Below, piece after piece: positions 1 to 15,301 of a stretch of DNA of 64,000 bases. Both the position numbers and the translations under genes were made by a program. Positions within the stretch are counted from its first letter, which is position 1, and every line of letters starts with the position of its first letter. The notes below the pieces were generated by a model that did no database searches, was not told the DNA's origin, and was given only the letters and a program-made list of their open reading frames with translations. Origin of the DNA: an uncultured Clostridia bacterium (GTDB lineage: Bacteria; Bacillota; Clostridia; Christensenellales; CAG-917); assembly GCA_944332815.1 (NCBI GenBank), contig CALVKQ010000001.1, positions 178,579-242,578 of the forward strand. Direction: 5' to 3'.

Positions 1-2033
1 TGCTTGCGCACGGAGAAGTTGCGGTTCTCCACCATCTTCTGCGCGCGTTCTATCTGCTTGGTGATAAAGGCGTTGGCGATGGGCTGCGTGTCGTCGAACT
101 TCATGGTTTCGGCGATGGCTTTCATCTTATCTCCGCCGAATATGCGCGCGACGTCGTCCTCCATGGAAATGTAAAACGCGGTGCTGCCCGGGTCGCCCTG
201 ACGGCCGCTCCTGCCTCGCAGCTGATTGTCTATGCGGCGGCTCTCATGCCTTTCGGTACCTATGACGCGAAGACCGCCTGCCGCAAGCACTTTTTCGTGC
301 TCCTCGTCGCATTCTGCCTTGAACTTGGCGTACACCTTTTTATACCGCTCGTCCGCGTCCGCGCAACGCGCCTTGAAGTCGGGATATATCTCCTTATATT
401 TCTCCTCCGCGTCGCGCATCATCTTCTCGTCGTAAGCGTGCGGAGAAGCGGCCATCTCTATGACCTCGGGCTCGAACCCTTCATCCGCGAGCGCCTTTTT
501 GGCGGAGTACTCCGCATTGCCGCCCAGCATGATGTCCGTGCCTCTGCCTGCCATGTTGGTGGCTATGGTCACCGCCCCGAGCCTGCCTGCCTGCGCGATT
601 ATCTCCGCCTCTTCCTTGTGGTGGTTGGCGTTGAGGACGTTTATCCTGGGCGTCTGCCCGTTCACGCCTTTGATGCGCTTGGCGTTCAGGTCCCTGCGCA
701 GCTTGTCCGCAAGTTCCTCCGACTTCTCTACGCTGACGGTGCCCACCAGCACGGGCTGACCGCGCGAGATGCATTCCTCGATGTCAGCGATGATGGCGTT
801 GAGCTTTCCGGGCACCTTGGTGTATATCCTGTCGTGCTCGTCGCGGCGACGGGAAGGCAGATTGGGGGGTATGGTCACGACGTCCAGGGAGTATATGCCC
901 TTGAACTCCTCCTCTTCCGTCTTCGCCGTGCCCGTCATGCCCGAAAGTTTGCGGTACATCCTGAAAAAGTTCTGGAAGGTGATGGTGGCGAGAGTCTTGT
1001 TCTCGCTGCGTATCGCGACATGCTCCTTCGCCTCCACCGCCTGGTGCAGTCCGTCGCTGTACCGTCTGCCCACCAGCACGCGCCCCGTGAACTCGTCCAC
1101 TATGAGCACTTCGCCGTCGCTCACGATGTAATCGCGGTCCTTTTTCATGATGCAGTGCGCTTTCAGAGCGCGCTGGATATGGTTGTAAAGATCGGCGTTT
1201 TCGAGGTCGGTGAGATTGTCCTTATGGAAATATCTCTCCGCCTTTGCCACACCTTCGTCGGTGAGCATGACCGTCTTTTCTTTCTCTTCTATGGTGTAGT
1301 CCGCTCCGTTGCGCAGCATCCTCGCAAAGGCGTCCGCCATCTTGTAAAGTTCGCTGGACTTGCCCCCTTTGCCCGAAATGATGAGAGGGGTCCTCGCCTC
1401 GTCGATGAGGATGGAGTCCACCTCGTCGATTATGGCGTAATTGAGTTCGCGCTGCATTTTGAGCGACTTGCGCACCACCATGTTGTCGCGCAGGAAGTCG
1501 AACCCCAGTTCGTTATTGGTGCAATAGGTCACGTCGCACAGATAAGACTTACGCTTGTCGTCGGCGCTCATGCCTGGGACGATGACGCCCACGGAAAGCC
1601 CCATGAAACGGTGCACCTTGCCCATCCACGCCGCGTCGCGCTGCGCCAGATAATCGTTGACGGTGACCACATGGACGCCGTGTCCGGCAAGCGCGTTGAG
1701 ATAAGCCGGCATGGTCGCGACCAGGGTCTTGCCTTCGCCCGTGCCCATCTCGGCTATCCTGCCCTGATGGAGCGCGATGCCGCCCATCACCTGCACGAAG
1801 AAGGGACGCATGCCGAGCACCCTCGCCGCCGCCTCGCGCACCGCCGCGAACGCGTCGCAGAGGATGTCGTCCAAAGTTTCGCCCGCGGCGAGCCTGGCTT
1901 TGAATTTTTCCGTCTGGGAGGAAAGCTCCTCGTCGTTCATTGCGGAATATTTGTCCGCAAGCGCGTCCACCTGCGACGCGAGTTTGCGGAGTTTGCGGAC
2001 TTTTCGTTCGTTTTCGTTGAAGATAGAAGCCAT
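1..2033 (-). CDS. secA: Preprotein translocase ATPase SecA, N-terminal ~677 aa (C-terminus runs off the left edge)
   Basis: Absent from the ORF track because it has no in-window stop. Reverse complement from ATG 2033..2031 reads [58 protein letters not shown]...[15 protein letters not shown] (SecA motor N-terminus with Walker A). The + ORF 246..2678 is its antisense shadow. Confidence 0.93.
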   Translation of the reverse strand, partial: MASIFNENERKVRKLRKLASQVDALADKYSAMNDEELSSQTEKFKARLAAGETLDDILCDAFAAVREAAARVLGMRPFFVQVMGGIALHQGRIAEMGTGEGKTLVATMPAYLNALAGHGVHVVTVNDYLAQRDAAWMGKVHRFMGLSVGVIVPGMSADDKRKSYLCDVTYCTNNELGFDFLRDNMVVRKSLKMQRELNYAIIDEVDSILIDEARTPLIISGKGGKSSELYKMADAFARMLRNGADYTIEEKEKTVMLTDEGVAKAERYFHKDNLTDLENADLYNHIQRALKAHCIMKKDRDYIVSDGEVLIVDEFTGRVLVGRRYSDGLHQAVEAKEHVAIRSENKTLATITFQNFFRMYRKLSGMTGTAKTEEEEFKGIYSLDVVTIPPNLPSRRRDEHDRIYTKVPGKLNAIIADIEECISRGQPVLVGTVSVEKSEELADKLRRDLNAKRIKGVNGQTPRINVLNANHHKEEAEIIAQAGRLGAVTIATNMAGRGTDIMLGGNAEYSAKKALADEGFEPEVIEMAASPHAYDEKMMRDAEEKYKEIYPDFKARCADADERYKKVYAKFKAECDEEHEKVLAAGGLRVIGTERHESRRIDNQLRGRSGRQGDPGSTAFYISMEDDVARIFGGDKMKAIAETMKFDDTQPIANAFITKQIERAQKMVENRNFSVRK

Positions 2034-2138
2034 TTGCCGTCCTTTCCCCGACCTGAACGGGGTACGCGCGCGCTTACGCGCTCACGGCGCGCCGCGCGAT
2101 TTATATTCAATCATACAGCCATTTTGTCAAAATGGCAA

Positions 2139-2936
2139 TCAATTTTCGTTCCGCTCGGTACGCGCCTCCCCCGGCTCCACCCTTGCGGCAGGCACCGTCA
2201 CCGCCGCCGTAAGCACCGTGACGCTGCGCACTTTCGCTTTGAGAAGGGTGCGAGCGCATTCGTCGGCGGTCGCGCCCGTGGTGAAAACGTCGTCCACCAA
2301 AAGTATCTTCCTGCCCTTGATATGGTCGGTGTACGCCGCGGAAAAACAGCCTTTGAGGTTTTCGGCGCGCTCCTTTCCCGTCAGCTCTTTCTGCGGAGTG
2401 GTGTCGCGCTGTTTGACGAGCGCCGGCAGCACGGGCATATCCAGCCTGCGTCCGACCTCCTCCGCAAGCAAAACGGATTGGTTGAACCCTCTCTTCCTGA
2501 CTTCCGCCTCGCTCATCGGGACGGGCACTATCACTTCGCACGTCTCTCCGGAACGGATATACTCGTCCGACATCATCGCCCCGAGCAAAGCGGCGATATA
2601 CTTTTTCTTCCCGAATTTGAGCGAATACACCAGCTTGCGCGCGTCACCGTCGTATCTCAGCGGCGAGATGTTTTTTGAAAACGCGCTCTCCGTGCGTTGA
2701 CAGCGCAGGCAGTAGTCCGCCTCGTCTTTTATTGGCACGCCGCAGACAAGGCACCTGTGCCCGGTGATGAAAGGCATCCGTTTAAGGCAATCCGCGCAAA
2801 GGGTGTAACGGGTGTCGGCGACCAGTTCCGCTCCGCACACGTCGCAGGTTATCCCCTCGGGGTAAAGCGCGGAAAGAAAGGCTTTCGCCGCCCTTCCGAG
2901 CGCCTCTTTCATCCTGCCCGAGCGCTCCCCTTTCAT
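2139..2936 (-). CDS. comFC: ComF family protein (ComFC-type phosphoribosyltransferase with N-terminal Zn-finger)
   Basis: ORF 2139..2957. Cys pairs CDVCG...CADC and CLVCG...CLRCQ, then PRTase motif LLVDDVFTTGATADE. ATG at 2936 is preferred because it makes an ATGA overlap with the recD2 stop; 2957 is the longest alternative. Confidence 0.8.
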   Translation of the reverse strand: MKGERSGRMKEALGRAAKAFLSALYPEGITCDVCGAELVADTRYTLCADCLKRMPFITGHRCLVCGVPIKDEADYCLRCQRTESAFSKNISPLRYDGDARKLVYSLKFGKKKYIAALLGAMMSDEYIRSGETCEVIVPVPMSEAEVRKRGFNQSVLLAEEVGRRLDMPVLPALVKQRDTTPQKELTGKERAENLKGCFSAAYTDHIKGRKILLVDDVFTTGATADECARTLLKAKVRSVTVLTAAVTVPAARVEPGEARTERNEN

Positions 2937-5158
2937 CAGAACACCTCCCCTCTGCACTCCTCCTCGATGAGGTTGAGGAGCAGGGAGTATCTGCGTGCGG
3001 TCTCATTGTTCCTTATCATCTTCGCGACCGTCTTTTTCGCCCCCACTATGACCACGGTTTTCTTTGCTCGCGTGACGGCGGTGTAAAGCAGGTTGCGCGT
3101 TTGGAGCATATAGTTCGCGTCCAGCGCGATGACCACGGCGTCGAACTCGCACCCCTGCGATTTATGTATCGTGACGGCGTACGCGAGCGCGAGCTGCTCT
3201 ATGTCGGAATATTGATAAACCGCCACTTTATCATCATCAAAACGCACGGTAAACTGCATTATCTGTGGATCGATGCGTTCAATGACGCCTATGTCGCCAT
3301 TGAATACGCCCGTTCCTTTTTCCACGGTGCCGCCCGTGGTTTGCAGCCATTCCTGCTGATAATTGTTCTGCGTCTGCATGACCTTGTCCCCTTCGCGGAA
3401 GAGGGTGTCGTTCTGCCTGGCTTCCCTCTTTTCGCGCGAGGGCGGATTGAGTTTTTCCTGCAATATGCGGTTGAGCGTCACCGTCCCTGCGCTCCCCCTT
3501 TTCATGGGGCAAAGCACCTGTATCTCAGAGGGAGGTACTTTGAGATAGCCGGGCAGCCTTCGCGTCACAAGGTCCGCGGTGGTGCGTGCGATGGACTCCG
3601 AGTCCTCCTTTTCCTCAAAGAAAAAGTCGCTGCTCTTGTTGTCCAGCTCCGGCATCTCGCCGCGGTTGATGCGGTGCGCGTTGACAACTATCCTGCTGTC
3701 GTCCGACTGACGGTATATCTGCGTGAGTTCGCTCACGGGGAATCTGCCGCACCTGATGAGGTCGCTGAGCACATTGCCGGCGCCCACCGACGCGAGCTGA
3801 TCCTTGTCCCCCACCAGCACCAGCCTGCTGCCCCGTTCGAGCGCGGAGAGCAGCGCGTTGAACACGTATTCGTCCACCATGCTCACTTCGTCCACAATGA
3901 CGGCGTCCAAGGGGAGTTTGCGCTCGTTGTTGTAGGCAAACCGTCCGTCCCCGTCCTTCCAATCCAGTTCCAGCAGACGGTGGATGGTCTTCGCCTCCTC
4001 CCCCGTCGCCGCGGAAAGCCTTTTCGCCGCCCTGCCCGTGGGCGCGCAAAGCGCCACGCGCTGACCGAGATTGCGGAAGAGGTGCATGATACATTTCACG
4101 ATGGTGGTCTTGCCCGTCCCGGGACCTCCGGTGACTATCTGCAAGCCGTTCTCCACAGCGGCGCGCACCGCCTCCACCTGATTGGGATGCAACTCGAACC
4201 CTGCTTCCTTCTCGAACTCGGCGACTTCGTAGTCGGTGTCCACCCTGAAATCCGCCGCTTCCGCCTGAAGGCGTATGAGCCTGCGCGCGATGTTGCGCTC
4301 GACGTTGTAATTGACCTTCGTGAGCACCGCTACGCACTCCCCCGTGTCATAACGCACGAGGTCGCCAAGCATGATAAGGTCCTCTATATTGTCGCGGACT
4401 CTGCGCTCGGTTTCGTCGCTATCCGACCTTAACAGCGTCACAACGTACGGAACAAGTTCGTTTTCAGGCAAAAAGTTATGTCCGTTGCGCACGGACGCTT
4501 CTTTCAGAGTGTAAGTGATCGCGGCGCATATCCTGTAATCGCTGTCGCGCGCGATGCCCAGTTCCGCCGCTATCCTGTCCGCAGTCTGAAAGCCTATCCC
4601 GTCCACGTCGTCAACGAGAGAATAGGGGTTCTTGCGCACCCTCTCCTCCGTGGCGTCGCCGTAGACGCGGTATATCCTGAGGGCGAGATTGACGGTCATG
4701 CCCAGCTGTTGGAGGAACATCACCGCGGACTGCATCTTCTGCAATTTGGAGTACTCCATGCAAAACTCCGTCGCGCGGCGCAGGGATATCCCCTTGACTT
4801 TGGCGATCTCGATGGGATACTTCATCATTTCCAGCGTGTCCACGCCGTAGCGGTCCACGACGGCTTGCGCGGTGACCGGTCCCATGCCCTTTATGAGTCC
4901 GCTGCCCAAAAACCTCACTATCCCTTCCAGCTTGGAGGGAGAACTGACGTACACCTTCTCGGCGGTGAACTGTCTGCCGTACATACTGCGCGTTTTGAAG
5001 TCCCCTTCCACGCGCAGGTTCTGTCCCTCGCTGACGGGGGGCATAGTGCCGACAACGGTAAAAGTGCCGTCCTCGCTTTTCAGATCGAGCACGGTATAAC
5101 CCGTTTCCGCACTGCGGAAGATCACGTTCCTGACCTCTCCTTTGAGTTCCATATCCAC
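2936..5158 (-). CDS. recD2: ATP-dependent RecD-like DNA helicase (RecD2/YrrC, SF1B)
   Basis: 740-aa ORF. N-terminal OB-like MDMELKGEVRNVIFRSAETGYTVLDL..., Walker A GGPGTGKTT, VIVDEVSMV (DExx), C-terminal YAVTIHKSQGCEF helicase motif. Confidence 0.9.
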   Translation of the reverse strand: MDMELKGEVRNVIFRSAETGYTVLDLKSEDGTFTVVGTMPPVSEGQNLRVEGDFKTRSMYGRQFTAEKVYVSSPSKLEGIVRFLGSGLIKGMGPVTAQAVVDRYGVDTLEMMKYPIEIAKVKGISLRRATEFCMEYSKLQKMQSAVMFLQQLGMTVNLALRIYRVYGDATEERVRKNPYSLVDDVDGIGFQTADRIAAELGIARDSDYRICAAITYTLKEASVRNGHNFLPENELVPYVVTLLRSDSDETERRVRDNIEDLIMLGDLVRYDTGECVAVLTKVNYNVERNIARRLIRLQAEAADFRVDTDYEVAEFEKEAGFELHPNQVEAVRAAVENGLQIVTGGPGTGKTTIVKCIMHLFRNLGQRVALCAPTGRAAKRLSAATGEEAKTIHRLLELDWKDGDGRFAYNNERKLPLDAVIVDEVSMVDEYVFNALLSALERGSRLVLVGDKDQLASVGAGNVLSDLIRCGRFPVSELTQIYRQSDDSRIVVNAHRINRGEMPELDNKSSDFFFEEKEDSESIARTTADLVTRRLPGYLKVPPSEIQVLCPMKRGSAGTVTLNRILQEKLNPPSREKREARQNDTLFREGDKVMQTQNNYQQEWLQTTGGTVEKGTGVFNGDIGVIERIDPQIMQFTVRFDDDKVAVYQYSDIEQLALAYAVTIHKSQGCEFDAVVIALDANYMLQTRNLLYTAVTRAKKTVVIVGAKKTVAKMIRNNETARRYSLLLNLIEEECRGEVF

Positions 5159-5196
5159 CTATGCGGCGCGAGGACGCCCCTCCGCCGACGTGAAAG

Positions 5197-5223
5197 AAAA
5201 AGCAAGGCTCTTCCTTGCTTTTT
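5197..5223 (-). terminator. Intrinsic terminator after metK
   Basis: AAAAAGCAAGG-loop-CCTTGCTTTTT. Stem GCAAGG/CCTTGC with A/T extensions and a U-run on the minus transcript. Confidence 0.6.
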
Positions 5224-5238
5224 CCTGCGTATTACTTT

Positions 5239-6428
5239 TTACAGCGTGTATTTTGCGAGGGCTTTTTTGAGTTCGTCCGTCCTGTCCGTCTTCTCCCAGC
5301 TGAACTCCGCTCTGCCGAAGTGACCGTAATTTGCGGTCGCGCGGTAGATGGGGCGGTCGAGTTTGAGCCTGCGGATGATAGCCCTCGGACGCATATCGAA
5401 CACCTCGGACACTATCTTTGCCACCGTGGCGTCGTCCACCGCTCCCGTGCCGAAGGTGTCCACATACACAGACACGGGATGCGCCCTGCCTATGGCGTAT
5501 GCCACTTGCAATTCCACCCTGCGGCAGATGCCTGCGGCGACGAGGTTCTTGCAGATGTACCTCGCCATATAAGTTCCACTCCTGTCCACCTTGGTGGGGT
5601 CCTTGCCGGAGAGCGCGCCGCCGCCGTGAGGGCAATAACCGCCGTAAGTGTCCACGATTATCTTTCTGCCCGTCACGCCGCTGTCGCCTGCCGGTCCGCC
5701 GATGACGAACCTGCCGGTGGGGTTTATGTACATCTTGGTGTTCCCGTCCAACCACTTTTCGGGGATCGCGCGCTTTATGACTTTCTCGACGATCTCCCTT
5801 TCAAGCTCCTGACGTTCCACGTCGTCGCTGTGCTGTGTGGACAGCACCACGACGTCCACGCGCTTGGGCTCGCCGCACTCGTACTCCACGGTGACCTGCG
5901 CCTTCCCGTCGGGGCGGAGCCAGGGGATCTCCCCCGACTTTCTCGCTTCCGTGAGCCTGCGAGTGAGCGCGTGCGCGAGCATTATGGGCAGGGGCATAAG
6001 CTCCGGAGTTTCGTCCGTAGCGCACCCGAACATCATGCCCTGGTCGCCTGCGCCGAGTTTGTCTATCTCGTCGCAACCCACGTAATCGGACGCCTCGTCC
6101 ACGCCGCGCGCTATGTCGGCGGACTGCTCGTCCAAAGAGGACAGCACCGCGCAGGTCTTGTAATCGAAGCCCAGCGAACTGTCGTCGTAACCGATGTCTT
6201 TCACCACGCCGCGGACGATGCCGGGGATGTCGCAGTAATGCGAGGTGCTGACCTCGCCGAACACCATCACCATGCCCGTCGTGGCACACACCTCCACCGC
6301 AACGCGCGCGGACGGGTCTTCCGTGAAGATGTCGTCCAGGATCGCGTCGGCGATCTGGTCGCACACCTTGTCGGGATGCCCCTCCGTCACGCTTTCGGAG
6401 GTGAAATATCTTTTCTGAACGGAACCTT

Positions 6429-6432
<4 letters not shown>
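5239..6432 (-). CDS. metK: S-adenosylmethionine synthetase
   Basis: 397 aa with [24 protein letters not shown] and [10 protein letters not shown] signatures. Start ATG overlaps the rpoC stop (ATGA at 6429-6432). Confidence 0.97.
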
Positions 6433-10226
<3,794 letters not shown>

Positions 10227-10239
10227 TTACGGGACCTCC

Positions 10240-13200
10240 TTATTGCTCATCGTCGGCATTATCGTTCGTGCCGAAGATGTCGAACGCATTGCCGGATGCG
10301 GAGCCGGTGAGCGCGCTGAAAATGTCATCATCGTCGTCCGCGCCGGTGTCGAACATATCCATGTCGGAATTGCTCTTTGCAAAGCCTTCGAGCAGCCCGT
10401 CGCCGAGGATATCCACCTCTTTGAGGTCGTCGTCGCGCTTGATGACGGGGGTGTCGAAGTCCATCTCCTCATCGGAGTAATCGCGCAGTTTCACTTCGTC
10501 GCGATCCTCGGTGAGCACCTTGACGTCGAGGGCGAGCGCCTGCAATTCCTTGACCAACACCTTGAAGGACTCGGGGATGCCGGGCTCGGAGATGTTGTTG
10601 CCCTTGACTATGGACTCGTAGGTCTTCACCCTGCCCACCACGTCGTCGGACTTGACGGTGAGGATCTCCTGCAACATATTCGCCGCGCCGTACGCTTCGA
10701 GCGCCCAGACTTCCATTTCGCCGAAACGCTGTCCGCCAAACTGCGCCTTGCCGCCGAGAGGCTGCTGCGTGACCAGACTGTAAGGTCCGATGCTCCTTGC
10801 GTGGATCTTGTCGTCGACGAGGTGATGCAGTTTGAGCATGTACATGTACCCGACGGTGACGGGGTTCTCGAAAGGTTCGCCCGTTCTGCCGTCGTACAGC
10901 TTGATCTTGCCGTCCACTTTGCCCTGCTCGTTGACTATGCCGCACTCTCCGAACAGCTTCTTGATGTCCTGCTCGTCAGCGCCGTCGAAAACGGGAGTCG
11001 CGACCTTCCAGCCCAGCATATTGGCGACCAGGCCGAGGTGGACTTCAAGCACCTGCCCTATGTTCATTCGGGAAGGCACGCCGAGGGGGTTGAGCACTAT
11101 TTGGAGAGGAGTGCCGTCCGCCAGGAAAGGCATATCCTCTTTGGGCAGCACGCGGGAGATGACGCCCTTGTTGCCGTGACGGCCCGCCATCTTGTCGCCG
11201 ACGGAGATCTTTCTCTTCTGTGCGATGTAGACGCGCACAAGTTTCTCGACGCCGGGGCTGAGCTCGTCGCGGTTCTTTCTGGTGAACACCTTGACGTCCA
11301 CCACTATGCCGCCTTCGCCGTTGGGCACGCGGAGGGAGGTGTCGCGCACATCCCTGCTCTTGTCGCCCAGCACCGCGCGAAGCAGTCTTTCCTCGGGGGT
11401 GAGTTCGGTTTCGCCCTTGGGGGTGACTTTGCCGACGAGGATATCGCCGCTGTGGACTTCCGCGCCCACGCGCACTATGCCGTCCTCGTCCAGATTCTTG
11501 AACGCGTCCTCGGAAAGGTTAGGTATGTCGCGCGTGATCTGCTCTTCGCCGAGCTTGGTGTCGCGCGCTTCTATCTCGTGCTCCTCGATGTGGATGGAGG
11601 TGAACACGTCGTCCTTGACCAGATCCTCGCTGATGAGGATGGCGTCCTCGTAGTTATAGCCTTCCCAGCTCATGAACCCGACCAGAATGTTCCTGCCCAG
11701 AGCGAGTTCGCCGTGATCGGTCGCGGGACCGTCCGCGAGCACGGTGGCTTCACGCACGACTTTGCCGTTCTCTCTGACCTCGGCGTACACTCTGTCGCCC
11801 TTCGCGACGACGGGATGCTGGTTGATGCAAGTGGACTGGTTGCTGCGCTCGAACTTGGACATCACGTACTCGTCCGTGGTGCCGTCCTCCGCCTCGACGA
11901 TTATGCGGTCGGAGTCCACATACTTGACGAAACCGTCGCGTTTTGCGAGTTTGAGCGCGCCGCTGTCGTAGGCTATCCTGTGCTCCACGCCCGTGGCGAT
12001 CATGGGAGCCTCGGGTTTGAGGAGAGGCACCGCCTGACGCTGCATGTTGGAGCCCATCAACGCACGGTTGGTGTCGTCGTTTTCAAGGAAGGGGATGAGC
12101 GCGGTCGCGATGGAAACCAGCTGTTTGGGGGACACGTCCATGTAGTCGACCTGTTCCCTCGGCACCTCGCGGATGTCGCTCCTGATACGGCAGGTGACGC
12201 GTTCGCGCACGAACTTGCTCTCCTCGTCCAGTTCCTCGTTAGCCTGTGCGACAACGTATTTATCCTCTTCGTCCGCGGTCATGTACACCACTTCGTCGGT
12301 GACCACGCCGGTCGCCTTGTCTATCTTGCGGTAGGGCGACTCCATAAAGCCGTACTCGTTGACGCGCGCATAGGTCGAGAGGGAGGATATGAGCCCTATG
12401 TTCTGACCTTCCGGCGTTTCGATGGGGCAAAGGCGTCCGTAGTGGGAGTGGTGAACGTCACGCACTTCGAAGCTCGCTCTCTCGCGGTTCAGACCGCCGG
12501 GACCGAGTGCGGAGAGCTTCCTCTTGTGGGTGAGCTCCGCAATGGGGTTGGGCTGATCCATGAACTGACTGAGCTGAGAGGAGCCGAAGAACTCCTTCAC
12601 CGCGCTGGTCACGGGACGGATGTTGATGAGGTTTTGAGGGGTGATCTCCGCAGAATCCTGCGCAGAAGCCATCCTCTCCTTTATGACGCGTTCCAGACGG
12701 GAAACGCCGATGCGGAACTGATTTTGCAGCAGCTCGCCCACGGGACGCACGCGCCTGTTGCTCAGGTGGTCGATGTCGTCGCAGGTGCCGAACCCGAGGC
12801 GGAGCCCGAGGTTGTAGCTGACCGTCGCCACGATGTCGTCCGTGGTGATGTGCTTATACACCAGGTCGTCCACGTTCGCCTTTATCGCGAGGAGCAGCTC
12901 GTCACGATCGGTGTAAGTTTCGAGGAAGTTTTTGAGAGTGGGATAATACACCTTTTCCATGACGCCCAGCGCACGGGGTTCGCACTCCACGAACGCATCC
13001 AGGTCCACGGTGTTGTTGCCGATGGCTTTATACTCTCTGGCAACGCCGTCCGAGTCGCGATACGCCAGCCACACTTCGTTGACGCCGCTGTTCTGTATCT
13101 TCTTCGCCTGCTCTTCGGTGGGTCTTGCACCCTTTTCCAGCAAGATCTCGCCGGTGGAAGGATCCACGACGTCGCGAGCGAGCTCGTTGCCCTCTATGCG

Positions 13201-14058
13201 GTTTGCGATGGAGAGCTTCTTGTTATACTTATATCTGCCGACTCTTGCGAGGTCGTACTTCTTGTATTCGAAGAAGGTGTTGTTGATGAGGATGTCCGCG
13301 CCTTCGATGGTGGGCACTTCGCCCGGACGCAGACGCTTGAACAGATCCTTCTTGCCGTCTTCGACGCTCTTGCAATCGGCGTCCTTCCTGCAAGTGGCTG
13401 CCATCATCTCGTCGCCGCCGAACAGCTCCGCAAGCTCGTCGTCGGTGCCGTAACCGAGCGCACGCAGCAGCGTGGTGGACGTGATCTTCCTGGTGCGGTC
13501 CACGTGCACCCACTGGACGTCGTTCTGATCCTGCTCGAATTCCAGCCATGCGCCCCTGTTGGGGATGACGGTGGTCTTATAACGCGGATTGCCGTTGCGG
13601 TCAAGCGACTTCTCGCTGTACACGCCCGGGCTCCTCACCAGCTGACTGACGATGACGCGCTCCGCCCCGTTGATGATGAAAGAACCGGAGTCCGTCATGA
13701 GCGGAAAATCGCCCATGAACACTTCCTGCTCCACCACCTCGCCCGTTTCCTGATTGGTCAGTCGGGTCTTGACGCGCAAAGGCAGCGCGTAAGTGGTGTC
13801 GCGGTTTTTGCATTCCTTGACGGAATACTTCGGTTCGCCCTCGAGAGAGTGGGAAAGGAACTCCAGCTTCAGCTTGCCGGCGAAGTCCACGATGGGAGAA
13901 TAATCCCTGAAAACTTCCCTGATCCCGTCATGGATGAAGTTCTGATAGGAATCCTTCTGCACCTCGATGAGATACGGAATGTCCAAGACGTCCTTGATCT
14001 TCGAAAAATCCTGACGCTCGGTGTTTCCGTACATGACCTTGTGAATTCTTTGGGACAT
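10240..14058 (-). CDS. rpoB: DNA-directed RNA polymerase subunit beta
   Basis: 1272 aa with conserved [16 protein letters not shown] and PFMESPYRK-type blocks. 13-nt gap to rpoC. Unusually long acidic C-terminal tail. Confidence 0.98.
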   Translation of the reverse strand: MSQRIHKVMYGNTERQDFSKIKDVLDIPYLIEVQKDSYQNFIHDGIREVFRDYSPIVDFAGKLKLEFLSHSLEGEPKYSVKECKNRDTTYALPLRVKTRLTNQETGEVVEQEVFMGDFPLMTDSGSFIINGAERVIVSQLVRSPGVYSEKSLDRNGNPRYKTTVIPNRGAWLEFEQDQNDVQWVHVDRTRKITSTTLLRALGYGTDDELAELFGGDEMMAATCRKDADCKSVEDGKKDLFKRLRPGEVPTIEGADILINNTFFEYKKYDLARVGRYKYNKKLSIANRIEGNELARDVVDPSTGEILLEKGARPTEEQAKKIQNSGVNEVWLAYRDSDGVAREYKAIGNNTVDLDAFVECEPRALGVMEKVYYPTLKNFLETYTDRDELLLAIKANVDDLVYKHITTDDIVATVSYNLGLRLGFGTCDDIDHLSNRRVRPVGELLQNQFRIGVSRLERVIKERMASAQDSAEITPQNLINIRPVTSAVKEFFGSSQLSQFMDQPNPIAELTHKRKLSALGPGGLNRERASFEVRDVHHSHYGRLCPIETPEGQNIGLISSLSTYARVNEYGFMESPYRKIDKATGVVTDEVVYMTADEEDKYVVAQANEELDEESKFVRERVTCRIRSDIREVPREQVDYMDVSPKQLVSIATALIPFLENDDTNRALMGSNMQRQAVPLLKPEAPMIATGVEHRIAYDSGALKLAKRDGFVKYVDSDRIIVEAEDGTTDEYVMSKFERSNQSTCINQHPVVAKGDRVYAEVRENGKVVREATVLADGPATDHGELALGRNILVGFMSWEGYNYEDAILISEDLVKDDVFTSIHIEEHEIEARDTKLGEEQITRDIPNLSEDAFKNLDEDGIVRVGAEVHSGDILVGKVTPKGETELTPEERLLRAVLGDKSRDVRDTSLRVPNGEGGIVVDVKVFTRKNRDELSPGVEKLVRVYIAQKRKISVGDKMAGRHGNKGVISRVLPKEDMPFLADGTPLQIVLNPLGVPSRMNIGQVLEVHLGLVANMLGWKVATPVFDGADEQDIKKLFGECGIVNEQGKVDGKIKLYDGRTGEPFENPVTVGYMYMLKLHHLVDDKIHARSIGPYSLVTQQPLGGKAQFGGQRFGEMEVWALEAYGAANMLQEILTVKSDDVVGRVKTYESIVKGNNISEPGIPESFKVLVKELQALALDVKVLTEDRDEVKLRDYSDEEMDFDTPVIKRDDDLKEVDILGDGLLEGFAKSNSDMDMFDTGADDDDDIFSALTGSASGNAFDIFGTNDNADDEQ

Positions 14059-14240
14059 GTCTTACTCCTTGAAATTACCGATTTTGTTCCCCGCAAAAAT
14101 TTTTTTCAAAAAACCGTCTTTCGCGGAAAGCACTTGTTTTTTTTGTTGCTCTGCGCTATACTAACGCCGTTAGATATAACCCCCTACCCCCAAAATACGG
14201 GATTTCGAGGGCAGGAATAAGCATTATTGCGCATTTTCCT

Positions 14241-14269
14241 ATTATATCGGCGTTTTGCAAGTCTGTCAA
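14241..14269 (-). promoter_or_regulatory. Consensus sigma-A promoter for rpoB-rpoC-metK (TTGACA-17-TATAAT)
   Basis: Minus strand reads TTGACAgacttgcaaaacgccgaTATAAT, about 175 nt upstream of the rpoB ATG. Confidence 0.6.
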
Positions 14270-14359
14270 CCGCTTGCAAAAGAAAAACGGAGAATTTCGG
14301 GATTTTTTCCGCGCTCCACCCGTGCGAGCGGAAGAAGCCCCCGAATAAAAGGTGAAAAC

Positions 14360-14602
14360 ATGAGGATAGACAAATTTCTCAAAGTTTCGCGCGTCATAAA
14401 AAGGCGCACCGTCGCGGCGGAAGCCTGCTCCGGCGGACGCATAGAGATAAACGGCAAAACCGTGAAACCGGCAAAAGAAGTCAAACCCGGCGATATTGTC
14501 ACCGTGTCTTTCGGCAACGATTCCCTCACCTTCGAGGTCCTGAACGTGGACGAAAAACAGACCAAACGCTCCGCCTGCGAGATGTACCGCATAATGCCCT
14601 GA
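14360..14602 (+). CDS. S4-domain RNA-binding protein (small, Hsp15/YaaA-like)
   Basis: MRIDKFLKVSRVIKRRTVAAEACSGGRIEINGKTVKPAKEVKPGDIV is a typical S4 fold signature. SD AAAAGGTGA lies 5 nt before ATG 14360; the longer track ORF (14255) lacks an SD. Confidence 0.75.
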   Translation: MRIDKFLKVSRVIKRRTVAAEACSGGRIEINGKTVKPAKEVKPGDIVTVSFGNDSLTFEVLNVDEKQTKRSACEMYRIMP

Positions 14603-14628
14603 CGCCACCATTCCGCGAACTTATTTTA

Positions 14629-14660
14629 ACACGCGCTCCCCTGCGGAGCGCGTGTGATTT
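14629..14660 (+). terminator. Terminator after the S4-domain gene
   Basis: ACACGCGCTCC-cctgc-GGAGCGCGTGT followed by GATTT (short U-run). Confidence 0.5.
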
Positions 14661-14665
14661 ACTTG

Positions 14666-14873
14666 CGCTCATGCTTCACGTTATACCGAAACAGGAACGC
14701 ATTGGGACACAACGGGGACGGGGTAAATCGGGGTCCCCGGGCGAAAATCCTTGATTTTCGGCTGGGGCTGCATCCGGGGTACCCACTTGTGGGGTTTGGG
14801 TGCGCAAATGTCCAATGTGGGACAAAACGTGTCCCTCATTGGACATTTTTACCCCGTCCCCATTTGTCCCGGA
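14666..14873 (+). repeat. Long-hairpin intergenic element, copy 1 (with a nested 40-bp GGGGACCCC/CGAAAATC module)
   Basis: Left arm GGGACACAACGGGGACGGGGTAAA (14704-14727) pairs with TTTACCCCGTCCCCATTTGTCCC (14848-14870). Shares the flank CGCTCATGCTTCACGTTATA..GAAACAGGAACGC with copies 2 and 3. Confidence 0.85.
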
Positions 14874-14971
14874 TCAAGCAAGAACACTCTAAATTAGTGC
14901 GCGTGGAAAATAAAGGTTAATTGGGGTTTCGTCCCCTGACATGGGAGTACAGCCCCCCTCCTCCCCGGGGA

Positions 14972-14999
14972 CCCCACAAAATGCATGCATTTTGTGGGG
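14972..14999. repeat. Perfect 28-bp palindrome
   Basis: CCCCACAAAATGCATGCATTTTGTGGGG equals its own reverse complement. Confidence 0.95.
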
Positions 15000-15064
15000 A
15001 GCCCCATTCGGGACTCCTCCCCCACTCGGAATAGAGGACAATCCTCCTAAAATGCGGAACTCAC

Positions 15065-15103
15065 TTTTTCATAAAGGCGCAGGCGGTGCGCCTTTATGAA
15101 AAA
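15065..15103. repeat. 17-bp perfect-stem hairpin (terminator-like, A/T-flanked)
   Basis: TTTTTCATAAAGGCGCA-ggcgg-TGCGCCTTTATGAAAAA. No gene ends nearby. Confidence 0.85.
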
Positions 15104-15301
15104 CACCTCTTGAAAAAGTTTGTTTATCGCACTGACATAATCAAGCGGCGAACAGTATTCGCTAAACGTCGCTCGTGGGGCGAGGAGGGCGACTCGACGC
15201 GCACCGAGCCCGTGTTTACTTAAATTTTCGTCTAGCTTGCGAGGTCGCAGATCCGCGCCGCGACTTGCAAGCGTGGGCGAATGCTCGCCCACGGTGCAAG
15301 T

